From assembly GCA_963823665.1 (NCBI GenBank), contig CAWGMQ010000004.1, positions 672,001 through 736,000 of the forward strand: a stretch of 64,000 nucleotides of DNA. Direction: 5' to 3'. A model generated the notes under the pieces. The model was not told the DNA's origin. It worked only from the letters and a program-made list of their open reading frames with translations, and did no database searches. Shown here piece after piece: positions 10,903 to 23,514 of the stretch (the stretch's first letter is position 1; every line of letters starts with the position of its first letter). The translations under genes were made by a program, and so were the position numbers. The DNA is from an uncultured Planctomycetota bacterium (lineage in GTDB: Bacteria; Planctomycetota; Planctomycetia; Isosphaerales; Isosphaeraceae).

Positions 10903-12180
10903 TCAGTGCGCGAGCTTCCACCTGGCTTCCCTGATCCGCCCGAGAAGCTCTCGCGCAGCCGCAGCGCCTCCATCGCCTCGTCCTCCGCCCCCGCGAGCTG
11001 CCCCCGACCCAAACATTATCTTGGCCAGACCATAACGCGCGTCAAACGAAGTAGGATCGAGCCGAACGGCTTCGGTCATCTCGACCAGAGCCTCGTCACG
11101 ACGGCCTTGCTCATCCAGGATGGACGCCAGAAGACGGTGCGCGTCTGATGCGCCCTGGTCAATCGACAAGGCCGAGCGCACCTCGCGCAAAGCGTCGTCC
11201 TGCCGTCCCAGCGCGTAGAGCACCTTGACCAGGCCATGGTGCGCGTCCGCAGACCCCGGCGAGGCTCGAACCTCCGCCGCAAGACGGTCGGCAATCGTGA
11301 CCCACAGCCTCTCCGGGTCATGCCACATTTTGCATTGAGCCCAGGTCGCCGGGACGATCAGCAGACAAAGGCAGCTTCTCGAGCCAGACCCTGCGGACCG
11401 CGGGTCGGAACACGCCGCCAGGGACGCCTCCGCGAAGGCGCCGCAGCGGGTAAACATCGAGTATCAGGAACACGATCGGCAGGCGCACGGCTGTCGCCTT
11501 GCAGAGCATGGCAGCCAGCGCCATGAGCCAGCAGATCGTCAAATGTCAGGACCCAGGATCATCCCCGCGATCGGCGCGGAGGTAAGCCAGAACAGCCAGC
11601 AGCCAGAAGAGACCACAGGGAAGGTACGTTTGACACGAGGCCCAGGCCACAGCCTCGACGCGCAGCGGATGCACCGCGAAAAGCGCGGCAGCCACGCCCG
11701 CGCCGGCTCGCCGATCAGATGGCCGAAGTTCGGGCCGGCTCCGCGCCAGCAACTCCACCGTGACGAAGAAAAAAACCACGGTGTTCGCAACGTGAAACGC
11801 CAAACTCATGAAGTGATATCCCCGCGGATCAAGCCCCCAAAGCGCGCTTTGGACAGAAAGGATCTGCCAGCCCAGTGGTTGATAGATCCCGATGATGTGG
11901 GCCCGCCAAGACCAGGCAAACTGCCGCCAGCCGATTCCGAGAAAGTCGCGGTTATTCAGGAATCCTCGACATCGTCGAAATAGACGAAATCGTTGCCGAG
12001 CACCGGGACAAACGCGATGAACGTGAGAAACACGAGCGCGACCGAAATGAAGGCCATGCCATCGGAGGCCAGCGGCGCTCGGCCCAATCGCGCTTCCGTT
12101 CCCGAAGGAGCCCCCGCTCCCGAAAAACCTGCGCGATGCCCCTCTTCCAGGGGATGCTTCCGGCTCGTTTCAGCTTGCAT
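10903..12180 (-). pseudogene. TMTC-like (GT-C membrane glycosyltransferase + TPR) gene, fragmented and internally deleted
   Basis: Fragments in several frames: NDFVYFDD, YQPLGW, LFAVHPLRVEAVAWAS, LCKATAV.LP, WLEKLP, then TWAQCKMWHDPERLW plus TPRs. The central membrane region appears to be missing. Confidence 0.65.
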
Positions 12181-12391
12181 TTCGACTATGTTCGGCTAAA
12201 TCGCATGCCGGTTCACTTCGGCTGGTCGCAGATCGCTGGGGCAGGCCAATTCTGCCCAGCCTCACAGCGACCGAAAACGGGCTGCAAACCGCACGTTGGC
12301 CATACACGAAGACCAGATAGCCAGCGGCCTCAATGGCGCCGCTACGTCGGCCTGGCGGTTCGCCCGGACTGCTTCGCCGCTGAGCTCGCGT

Positions 12392-14267
12392 TCATTTCTG
12401 CGGCGGCATGCGCTCCGGGCGTACCGCTCCTTCGCGCAGCATCCAGCCTGTGTCGGTAGCGAGGTCCTTGAAACAATCGACCTGGCCTGACGGCCAGCGG
12501 ATCGTCACCTCGCCTGCCGACGTGGCATCTCCCAGCCCGATCGTCAGCCGCGGGTCGTGCGAGGAGCCGTAACTCGCCCCGCCCTTGCGCTGGCGCACGA
12601 TCGTGCGACCCCCAGAGCGGATTTCCACCCGGGCCCCGATCGCGTCGCGATTGCTGCGAGTGCCTTCCAGCCGCAGCCGGATCCAGTGGTTCTTCGTCGG
12701 CGTGTCGTTTCGCAACAAGGCCGGCGCAGCGTCCTTGTGGTTGATCACCAGGTCGACGTCGCCATCATTGTCGAGATCGCCCTGGGCAACGCCTCTGCCG
12801 ACGTGATCGGAGTCGAAGTAGGCCCCCACGGCCCGCGTCGCCAGCGTGAATCCCTTGCCACCGTGGTTGCGATGAAGGAGCGGCGGCTGGGCGTACTGGT
12901 GGAAGAACCGGCTCATGAGACGCAGGTTGTCGTCGATATGACCGGTGGTTGCGAAGCAGTCGGGCCAGCCGTCGCTGTCGAAATCGGCCAGCGAACATCC
13001 CCAGCCAACCCACGAAATCGTGTCGTGATAAAGTCCGGCGGTCCGCGACCGATCCTCAAAGAGCCCGTTGCCCAGATTAACGAAAAGGGCACTGCCCTCA
13101 GCCCAGAAATTGGTCACGAAGACGTCGGTGCGGCTGTCGCCGTCAACGTCTTCAGCCTCGACACCCATGCCCGCACGGCTTTGCCCCTGCGGGCCGAAGC
13201 CCGCGCCTGAGCTCTGAGTGACATCGTCGAAGGTGCCGTCCCCGCTGTTCAAGAAGACGAAGTTCGGACACATGTCGTTGGCGACGTAAAGGTCGATTCG
13301 GCCATCGTCGTTCAGGTCGGCCGCAACAACGCCAAGGCCGCGGCCGTCGCTGCGCGAGACCGGCCTTTTCCGTCAGGTCCGTGAACGTGAGATCGCCGTT
13401 GTTGCGGTAAAGCGTATGCCTTGCCGGCGTGATCGACTTCGGCGAACAGTAGATCCGGATTTTTTCAGGCCCAGGCACGTCCGCCGCCTTCGAGCCCCCG
13501 CAAAACGCGTCGTTCTCGGGAAGCTTCCACTGGCCATAGTTGGCCACGTAAACGTCGAGGTGGCCGTCGTTGTCGTAATCAAGGAAAGCCGCGCTGGTTG
13601 ACCAGCCGGGCCGATCGAGGCCAGCGGACCTGGTGATGTCGACGAATCGGCCCTCGCCCATGTTCAAATAGAGAACGTTCGAACCGTAGTTGCAAAGGAA
13701 GACGTCCGGGTCGCCGTCGTTGTCGACATCGCCGACGGCAAGACCCTGGCAGTAGCCCGCATAGTTCAGCCCGCATCGGACCGTGACGTCTTCAAATTGG
13801 TTGTTGCCGCGATTCCGATACAGCCGGTTCGGTCCAGACCGGAACGACCCGACCGGCAGGCGCGTCGCTGTTGCAAGATAGAGATCGGAGCGGCCATCAT
13901 TGTCATAATCGAAGATCGCAACCCCGGACCCGTACGCCGTGGGGAAGTGCTTTGCCTCCGTCATGCCGGAAAAATGGACAAAATCGATGCCGGCGGACGT
14001 TGCGATCTCGGTGAATCGGAATGGGCTCGGCGGCTGCCGGACGGTCGGGTTGGCCCGAGCCGGCATCATGTCGGGCCCGATGGCGGCACCGGGCACGGCC
14101 GGCGCGGCCACTTCGAGCGCGCCAGACGGCGGCGCCGCGCTGAATTCGCGAAGGTACAGTGAGAGCGCAAAAGCGGCCAGAAGCAGCCCGAGCAGCGCGA
14201 TGCGTTTTCGGGGAAGAGATGTCCGCCCCGAGTTGGGGCTTTTCATTGCTCGCAGAATTGGTAGCAT
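12392..14267 (-). CDS. FG-GAP/ASPIC-UnbV (CRTAC1 family) protein, short N-terminus type, frameshift near 13350
   Basis: ORFs 13152..14267 and 12392..13273 join; DYDNDG repeats; ASPIC C-terminus. Close paralog of 23515..25431. Confidence 0.85.
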
Positions 14268-14575
14268 TGGTATCCGCGCACTGATTGGATGTGCGCAGGG
14301 CGGACGGAGATGTCAAGAATAATCGTCGCGCGCGATCACAAGAAACTTGCCGCCGCGCCGGCGGTTAGCGCTTATGGTAGAATAGGGTTATTGGACGACG
14401 GACGCAACGGGCTGGAGTATGCGCACGGCCTCACAGTGGAGTGCTCCTTGCAGCGCGCGCCGGATCACGGTCTGATCGCCGTCCTGTCTGATCACTTTAT
14501 TTTCGTTCGTGCTTGAGTGTTCGTTCGTTCAATTTCATTTCGTCGTTTGGTCTTTTTCTTCTTGGAGGGTCGTCG

Positions 14576-15698
<1,123 letters not shown>

Positions 15699-15806
15699 GC
15701 CGTTTTCCGAGGAATCGAATCGTGATAACTTGGGCTCCGTCTTGCGAGTTCCCCGGAACGGGGGCCCGCACGGCGGAGCCGTCTCATTTGTGGATCTCTA
15801 GATCAC

Positions 15807-16808
15807 ATGACCGCCGGACCAGCCATCCGCTGGGGAATACTGGGCTGTGCGCGCATCGCCCGGCGTGGATTGATCCCGGGCATCGCACGGTCGAGCCAGG
15901 GCATGCTGCACGCCCTTTCCAGCCGCGACCTTGCCGTCGCCCGCACTTGGGCACGAGAGTTCGGAATACCCAGGGTGCACGGCTCTTATGAGTCGCTCGT
16001 CACCGACCCCGAGATCGACGCCGTCTACATTCCACTTCCAAATGAGCTGCACCGGCCCTGGCTGATCGCCGCCGCAGACGCGGGTAAGCACGTACTCTGC
16101 GAGAAACCACTCTCGCTCGATGCTCGCGAGGCGCGCGCCATGGTCGAGCACGCCCGGAATCGCGGCGTGATCTTGATGGAAGCCTTCATGTGGAGGCACC
16201 AGGAGCGCACACTCCGCCTCCGCCAACTGGTGCGCGACGGCGCGATCGGCGACCTCCGGCTCGTTCGAGCCTCGTTTTCATTCCCGATCGCGCCCGACGA
16301 CTGGCGACTCGATCCCTCGCGAGGCGGTGGGGCGCTCTGGGACGTCGGGTGCTATGGTGTGAACACGGCTCGCTTCTTCGCCGGCGAAGAGCCGCGCCGA
16401 TTCCATGCGCTCGCGCAATTCGGGCCCACCGGCGTCGATCTGAGCCTGGCGGCAACTCTCGAATTTCCAGGCGGAGTGCTCGCGACCATCGATTGCAGCT
16501 TCGAACAGCCCTTCCGTTGCCATTACGAGCTCTCCGGCACCCGCGGCCTGATCGATGTTCCGCTCGCGTACTTGCCCGCCGCCGGAACCAATCCAACGGC
16601 AGCTCTCATCAAAATCCGCTCCGATAAGAATGCCGACAGCCGGCCTCAGGGTTCAACACTTCTGGAATTCGAGCCGATCGACCAGTACACCGCGATGGTC
16701 GATCACTTCGCACAGTGCGCCTTTGCCGGCACCCTCCTCGACCCAGGCGAAGACGGGCGAGCCCAGATGCTGGCGCTCGAGAGCATTCTCGCATCCGCTC
16801 GAGCCTGA
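15807..16808 (+). CDS. Gfo/Idh/MocA family oxidoreductase
   Basis: WGILGCARIA Rossmann motif; GKHVLCEKP; GGGALWDVGCY. Confidence 0.9.
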   Translation: MTAGPAIRWGILGCARIARRGLIPGIARSSQGMLHALSSRDLAVARTWAREFGIPRVHGSYESLVTDPEIDAVYIPLPNELHRPWLIAAADAGKHVLCEKPLSLDAREARAMVEHARNRGVILMEAFMWRHQERTLRLRQLVRDGAIGDLRLVRASFSFPIAPDDWRLDPSRGGGALWDVGCYGVNTARFFAGEEPRRFHALAQFGPTGVDLSLAATLEFPGGVLATIDCSFEQPFRCHYELSGTRGLIDVPLAYLPAAGTNPTAALIKIRSDKNADSRPQGSTLLEFEPIDQYTAMVDHFAQCAFAGTLLDPGEDGRAQMLALESILASARA

Positions 16809-17157
16809 CACCAATTCGACAGTTTCGTAAAATGCGCAGCGACCGCGCGACACTCTCAGGCCAGTCGCATCTAGAAGAGCAGGGACTCGCGCAATCCAGG
16901 AGTCCTGGCTCACCGCTTCGCCTACCTCGACGATCGCGCATTTAATAGCGCGTTTGTGCTTCCCACGCGCATCGGTGCGCGCCGTTCTCGCCCTTCAGAT
17001 TCATTCCGACCTCCACCACAGGAAAACCTTCGAAACTCCGAAGGAATTCGGGCACGCGCGCGGAGCAACGTCGCAAGAAACAAACAAATGTAACTTGCGT
17101 TGCGCCAAACTGGCTTGCCGCTAGGTTGCGCCGACGACATCGATTCGAGGGTTACCG

Positions 17158-19439
17158 ATGAGTAAGCCGTCCCACGGCTCGTCGAACCGCGCTGCCCTCT
17201 TCATGTTGATCGGGCTTTCCGTCTTGGTCGGCATCGCACTCGTGGTTCTGGTGCTCGGCTCGCACGGCCTTCTTGCAAAACGTTTCCCAGGGTCGACTGA
17301 GCTACGGCGGACCTTCGAGCCCCGTCGACGGATGGATTCGAGCGGGTTCACGAGCGTTGTGGAGAATCTCCCGCGTTGGCGGCCCGATTCGACGCTCGCG
17401 GAGCTGAGCGCGACCTGGAAAGATGTGGGACGTGCAAACATCGCAGAGATCGACGGCGTCCTGGTAAACCCCACTGTCTCGGCCAGCGATCGATACACGC
17501 TCCTCTTGACCAAGGCCATGTTTCTCAACTACGAGGGAGATGCTCGCACCGCGTACGACCTCCTCGCGCAAACGCGGGCCTGGATCGATAGCGAGCCCGT
17601 CGTCGCCGCGCAAGGGCTGTACACGCTGATCTACTTTCAGGGAGTCACGGCACTCAGGCGCGGCGAAACAGATAACTGCGTGATGTGCCGCGGCGAAAGT
17701 TCTTGCATCGTGCCCATCGCACCGGCCGCCGTCCATTCCGACGCGACCGGGTCGCGTCAGGCCATCGCTCATTTCACTGAGTATCTCGAGCAGTTTCCGG
17801 ATGATCTCGACATCCGCTGGCTGCTGAATCTGGCGCACATGACTCTGGGTGAATATCCCGACAAGGTCGATCCTCGTTATCGCATTTCGATCGACCGCTT
17901 CGTCAATTCCGAGTTCGATATCGGCAAGTTTCGCGACATCGGCGATCGCGCCGGAGTGAATCGCTTCAATATGGCCGGCGGCGCCGTCATGGAGGATTTC
18001 GACAACGACGGCCTGCTCGATCTGGCCACGACTTCGTTCGACCCAACGATGCCGATGGCCCTCTATCGCAACTCGGGTGACGGTACTTTCGCCGAGGCCA
18101 CCGAGGCGGCCGGGCTCCTCGGTCAGCTCGGAGGCAAGAACCTGGTTCAGACCGATTTCAACAACGACGGGCACATGGATCTATTTATCTCGCGCGGAGC
18201 GTGGCTCAACGCTCCGATCCGCCAGAGTCTCCTGCGCAATAACGGCAACGGCACCTTCTGCGACGTGACCGGCAGCGCGGGCCTTCTTGACCCCGTGAAT
18301 TCGACTTATTCGTGCTGGGCTGATTACGATAACGACGGCTGGGTCGACGTTTATGTCATCTGCGAGCAGCAGACTAACCGGTTGTACCACAACCGCCGCG
18401 ATGGAACCTTCGAGGAAGTAAGCCGCGCGCCGGCGTGGAGGGAGACGCGCGATGGTTCTGCAAGGGTGCCAACTGGCTGGACTACGATAACGATGATTAT
18501 CCAGATCTTTTCGTCGACAACATGAAAGGGCCCGTGAAGCTCTACCACAACCAGCGTGACGGCACGTTCGCCGACGTGACCGAGTCAATGGGAATCGACG
18601 GCCCGGAGCTCGCATTCTCTTGCTGGGCCTGGGACTATGACAACGACGGCTGGCTCGACATCTTCGCGACTTCATTCGACTATAGCGTGGGCCCCGTCGT
18701 CCAGGGCCTCTCCGGAAAGCCCCACAGCCGTCCCTCCAACCGGCTCTGGCGAAACTCCGCCGGCCGGAAGTTTGAAGATCGCACCCGCGGATCGGGGTTG
18801 GACGTGATGCTCGCCGCGATGGGATCGAACTTTGGTGACTTCGACAACGACGGCTGGCTCGACTTCTATCTCGGCACGGGCGCGCCCGACCTGAGCGTCG
18901 TTGTTCCCAATCGCATGTTCAAGAACGTCGAAGGCCGGCGATTCGCTGATATCACAGGCTCGTCCCGTACCGGAAACCTTCAGAAAGGTCATGGCGTCTC
19001 CTGTGCCGATTGGGATCGCGACGGCGACGTCGATTTCTTCGTCGAGATGGGAGGCGCAACGCCCGGCGATCGCTATCACAACATCCTCTTCGAGAACCCG
19101 GGCTGTGGAAACAACTGGCTGAGCTTGAAACTGACCGGGCGGAAGACCAATCGAGCCGCGATCGGTGCACGAATCAAGGTCGTGACCAGCAGCGACCACC
19201 CGCTCACGATCCACCGCCACGTCAGCTCTGGTAGTAGCTGGGGCGCCAACCCGCTCGAGCAGCACATCGGATTGGGCAAAGCCGAGCGGATCGCTTCTCT
19301 AGAGGTCCACTGGCCCGCAAGCGGCACGACCCAGGTCTTCCATGACTTGCAAGCGAACCAGGCGATTCGCGTGACCGAGCTTGAAGATCACGTCCACGTC
19401 CTCCCCCGCACGCCGGTCCGCTCCGCGTCGCTCCGATGA
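17158..19439 (+). CDS. FG-GAP/ASPIC-UnbV protein with Cys-triad domain, frameshift near 18430
   Basis: ORFs 17158..18525 and 18435..19439 join; NCVMCRGESSC motif. Close paralog of 8536..10878. Confidence 0.88.
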
Positions 19440-19494
19440 ACTTCGAGACAGCGATATGACCGACCAGGATCCGGCCGCTCAATTCGAGATTCCA

Positions 19495-21843
19495 TCACCG
19501 CGCATCACCCGGCTCTCTCGGTAGGCGGCGGACGCGATACTCGGCTGCTCCCTCGGTGATCTCGATCGCCTGGTCAGCTCGCAGGTCGCGAAACGTCTGG
19601 GTCGTCCGGCTCGTGGGCCAGCGCACCTCGAGTTCGGCCACGCGCGAGGAGTCGGAAAGGCCGATTAACTGTACAAGGCTATTGCCCCCAGAACTGGAAT
19701 TATTGCCGACCGTGCGGACGATCGAGCGTCTCCGGCCATCATTTGACTTCACGACCACTTGGATCCTGGCGCCCAGACCGGCACGGTTCGTGCGCGTGCC
19801 GACCAGCCGAACCTTGAGCCAGTGGTGATCGTGGCCCACGCTCCGAAAGAGCAGGTTCCGCGACCGGTCGCCGGGTACCAGACCGCCGGCTTGGACGAAC
19901 AGATCGAGATCCCCGTCGTCGTCAAAGTCAGCACATGAAATGCCTTGGCCCTTCTCCATGTGGCCGGTGTGCGATGCTGTTGTCGCGTCCTCGAAGCGCC
20001 CGCCGTCGATATTCCTGAGCATCGTACTGGGAAACAACCCCGAGCAGCCCTGCCAGCCGTTCCCCGCGTACAGATCCAGAAAGCCGTCGTTGTCGAAATC
20101 GCCGAAGTTGGCGCCAAGCACCGGAATCGGCCGGGCCAGACCCGCTTCGCGGCTGATCTCCCGAAAACCGCCGGTCTCCAGGTTCCGGTACACAAAGGGA
20201 TGACTCGTCGTTTCTCCCGGAAGCAAGAGCGCCAGCGCCACGGTCTGTGCGAAGCCGGTCTGGCGCTCGGCGACGAAGAGGTCGAGCTTACCGTCGTTGT
20301 CCAGATCCCAGAACCAGCAGCAATGACCCGACTGCGGGCCCGTCACGTCGAGGCTCGGGGCCACGTCCCGGAACCGGCCAGCCCCCTCGTTGTGGTAGAG
20401 CCGGCTCCCGGCGTTTTCATTTGCGACGTACAGATCGAGCCGGCCGTCATCGTCGTAGTCGCCCCAGGCCGCTCCCCGGGCGCACCGGTCATTGACGACC
20501 CCAGCAGCCGCCGCCACGTCTCGAAACGTGACGCCTCCTTCGTTGCGATAGAGCCGGCAGCGATTGCGCGGATCCGGCGCTGCCGTCTCGCCGTCGCGCT
20601 TGCGCGCGCGGTACTCGCCGCACACGAACAGATCGACCCAGCCGTCGTTGTCATAATCACCCCAGGCGGCCGCGCCCGCGGCAATCGGCTCGCCCAGCCG
20701 CGCGGGAATCGTCACATCCTTGAAGCGACCGTCCCCTTCGTTCGCAAGCAGCGAGAGACGCATCGGCCGGTCTCCCGCGCCGCGCAAGAGCACGACGTCG
20801 AGATCGCCGTCATTATCGAAGTCAGCGTGCACAACATTCGCGGCATGGACCTGCTCCGCGAGGCCGGCCCGGTCTGAGCGATCCTCGAACGTGCCATCCC
20901 CGCGGTTGATGAATAAAGAAGCCCCCCGGTCTGTATCGAGCGATGCAATAAACAGGTCCGGCAATTGATCACCGCTGAAATCATCGAAGACGCTCCCGCC
21001 TGCCTGGTTCGGCCCCCAGACGTTCAAGCCCGCCCGTTCCGCGACGTTTTCGAATCGACCAACTTCTGCCCGTGATTGAAAACCGTCGAGCCTGATCAGA
21101 TACTCAACCGGCACCTTGGCGGGATGCTCGCCTAGCTTCATGTAGGCGACGTTCAGCAGCCATCGCACCCGAAGATCCTCCGGCCACTCCTGGAGATACA
21201 GGCTGAACCACTTGATCGCTTCGCGAGAGCCCGACTGCAACGCGTGAATCGCCTGAGCCGCGATCGGAAACTCCGCGCTCGCGAGGCCAGGATACTTGAG
21301 GGCATTTTCGACTTCACCCCTGCGAAGCGCGACAACTCCCAGGAGTGCCGTCATGGCAGCGCGGTCTCGCGCAGCAATATCGCCGGGCCTCCCGAGCTCC
21401 CGCGCTTTTTGCAGTGCAAGCGACGCTTCGGAATACCGGCCTCCGTACAGTTTCAGCAAGCCGATCTGATGCAGGAGCCGCGCCGCCGCGGCGACTTCCT
21501 CTTTCGGCGCCCGGAATCGCAGCCCGGTCTGATCAGACTCTGCCTGCAAGACCGCGAGCGCGAGGTCGCCCCTCATTGCGACGGATTCTCGAAGCTGTTC
21601 AAGCGATCCCTGGTCATGGATCGGAGCAGTGAACTCGCTCGCTAGCTCCCAGCCGCTGTCCTCGAGCGCGTGCTCGTCAAATCCGTCGATGCGATCGGGC
21701 CGCCGCTGCGCGGGCGCTCTCAGGTGACGAGCGTTCGTCTCATCGCGCACTCCGGCGACCCTGATCATCCAGCCTACTCCGCCGCCGAGCGCCAGACACA
21801 CACAACCGAGGGCGACGATGATGGCTCGGGCGCGCCGCGTCAT
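19495..21843 (-). CDS. FG-GAP/ASPIC-UnbV protein, same architecture but Cys triad lost
   Basis: LRRGEVENALKYPGLASAEFPI aligns with LRRGETDNCVMCRGESSCILPI; FG-GAP repeats; ASPIC C-terminus. Confidence 0.88.
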   Translation of the reverse strand: MTRRARAIIVALGCVCLALGGGVGWMIRVAGVRDETNARHLRAPAQRRPDRIDGFDEHALEDSGWELASEFTAPIHDQGSLEQLRESVAMRGDLALAVLQAESDQTGLRFRAPKEEVAAAARLLHQIGLLKLYGGRYSEASLALQKARELGRPGDIAARDRAAMTALLGVVALRRGEVENALKYPGLASAEFPIAAQAIHALQSGSREAIKWFSLYLQEWPEDLRVRWLLNVAYMKLGEHPAKVPVEYLIRLDGFQSRAEVGRFENVAERAGLNVWGPNQAGGSVFDDFSGDQLPDLFIASLDTDRGASLFINRGDGTFEDRSDRAGLAEQVHAANVVHADFDNDGDLDVVLLRGAGDRPMRLSLLANEGDGRFKDVTIPARLGEPIAAGAAAWGDYDNDGWVDLFVCGEYRARKRDGETAAPDPRNRCRLYRNEGGVTFRDVAAAAGVVNDRCARGAAWGDYDDDGRLDLYVANENAGSRLYHNEGAGRFRDVAPSLDVTGPQSGHCCWFWDLDNDGKLDLFVAERQTGFAQTVALALLLPGETTSHPFVYRNLETGGFREISREAGLARPIPVLGANFGDFDNDGFLDLYAGNGWQGCSGLFPSTMLRNIDGGRFEDATTASHTGHMEKGQGISCADFDDDGDLDLFVQAGGLVPGDRSRNLLFRSVGHDHHWLKVRLVGTRTNRAGLGARIQVVVKSNDGRRRSIVRTVGNNSSSGGNSLVQLIGLSDSSRVAELEVRWPTSRTTQTFRDLRADQAIEITEGAAEYRVRRLPREPGDAR

Positions 21844-23511
21844 CGAACCTTACTCATCAGGCTGCGGTAACCGACTCGATAGTTGTCAGCGACGATGTTC
21901 TGCCACTCGTCATCGTGAAGGTTGGCGTTCCGGCCGTTCAATGGGAGCGCAGGCAGCCAGAGTTCAGGGTTCGTCCCGCTCAGCCGGAAGACCGACGCCA
22001 GATAGTCGAGAGTCGTTTCCCTGGATACTGAAATCTCGGCGAAGAGCGCCGCCTCGCCAGGGACGTCAGGGTCAATCGGGAATCGTCCGGCACACAAGAC
22101 CGTCTTGCCGCTCCACTTGAACCGGTACGCGATCGGCGCGACTCCTCGACCGCGAAGCTTTACAGGCGTCACGTCGAACCATCGCTGTTGCGGTAGCTCA
22201 TTCGAGGTTAGTACCGCGGCGCCCGGCGGGCACAATTCCCGGATCTTCGCACGGCCCTCCGGCGCGACGACCACCGTTGCGTGGCATTGCCCGACAAGCG
22301 CACCGAGCCCCGCCGTGCTCTGGGGATCGCAAGAAGTGAGCAAGACGGCGGCCGGATCCGCGGGCGGAAGCCCAGGCTTTTGCAGTCGTGCCTTGACGAA
22401 GGGAAGCAGCCCCGGCCCTCCTGGCGCGTCAATCAAAAAAAACTTCGACGCCGCGATCAGCCCGTAGACCGCCCCCCCGTTGAAGTCACCGAGGTAATAC
22501 ATTCCCGGCAGCAGCTCCTTTGGGTTGCCGTCCAGGAATAGAGCCCCGTCGGCGTCGTACCGGGCTGAGAGTCGTGCCATCTCGGCAATCCCGTCGTCGA
22601 GCAGTTTTTCCCAACGCGCTTGCGAAAGGCGAGGCTCCTGGGGCGTGGGGTCCGAGCGGGGATGACCGGGAAGCACCAGATCCGGCAGCGGCAGCGCCCG
22701 CAGCTTCCGCAAGGATGCGAGATAGGCTTTGGCATCCCCACGATAGCGCGGGGGCATGTACGTGGAATAAGTACCCAGAGGCCGGTCGATGCGCAGGTGT
22801 GATTTTTCGGCACCCACGAACGTCGAAATCACATCTCCGGCGAACAGCGCCCGCAGGGCTCCCCTCTCCATCAGGTAACAGACGCTTCCAGGCGTGTGCC
22901 CAGGCGTCGCCAGCACCCGAAAGCGAACGTCGCCGAAGTCAATCGTCTCACCCCCTTTGAGCGCGACATCGACATCGGTCGCGTGAAGCGTCCCCTCGGG
23001 CAGCTCGAACGCGCTGAAGATCGCCTCGCGGGGTCCACCCGCCAACAGGGCAGCCGCGTCGCCTTCCCCGGCATACACGGTCGCGCCGGTCTCGGTACGC
23101 ACACATTGGGCTCCCCCCGTGGTCCGCGTGCGCGTGCGTCAGCAACACGGCCCTCACACGTCGCCAGTCGAGCCCGGCGCCCGCCATCTGCGACTTCAGA
23201 ACGCGCGCATCGCTCCTCAATCCCGAGTCAACCAGAACGATTCCCTGAGTTGTTTCGACCGCATACGCCGCTGACGGACTGAGCCCGCCTAAAATGTAGA
23301 GCCCCTCCGCCATGCGCACTGTGAACGGAGCAAGCGGCGGTCGCGGACCGTCTGAGTTGCACAAGGCCCCGACATGGCCAGGCGTGCCTGCGTACAGAAA
23401 GACCAACAACGGCACCACGATCCGGCGCAGACTCGTCTCGAGCGCCTTGCGCGGGTTCCGGAGAACCTTCGTCATCCGGTGCATCGCCACTGTGAATCTG
23501 GACAAACCCAT
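21840..23511 (-). CDS. exported metallo-beta-lactamase-fold hydrolase with a second, degenerate MBL domain; frameshift near 23110
   Basis: LVDSG, THAHADH (HxHxDH), TPGHTPGS, LFAGD, LPGH. The second half repeats the fold (FLIDAP...VLLTSCD) without the His motif. Confidence 0.8.
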
Positions 23512-23514
23512 TGG

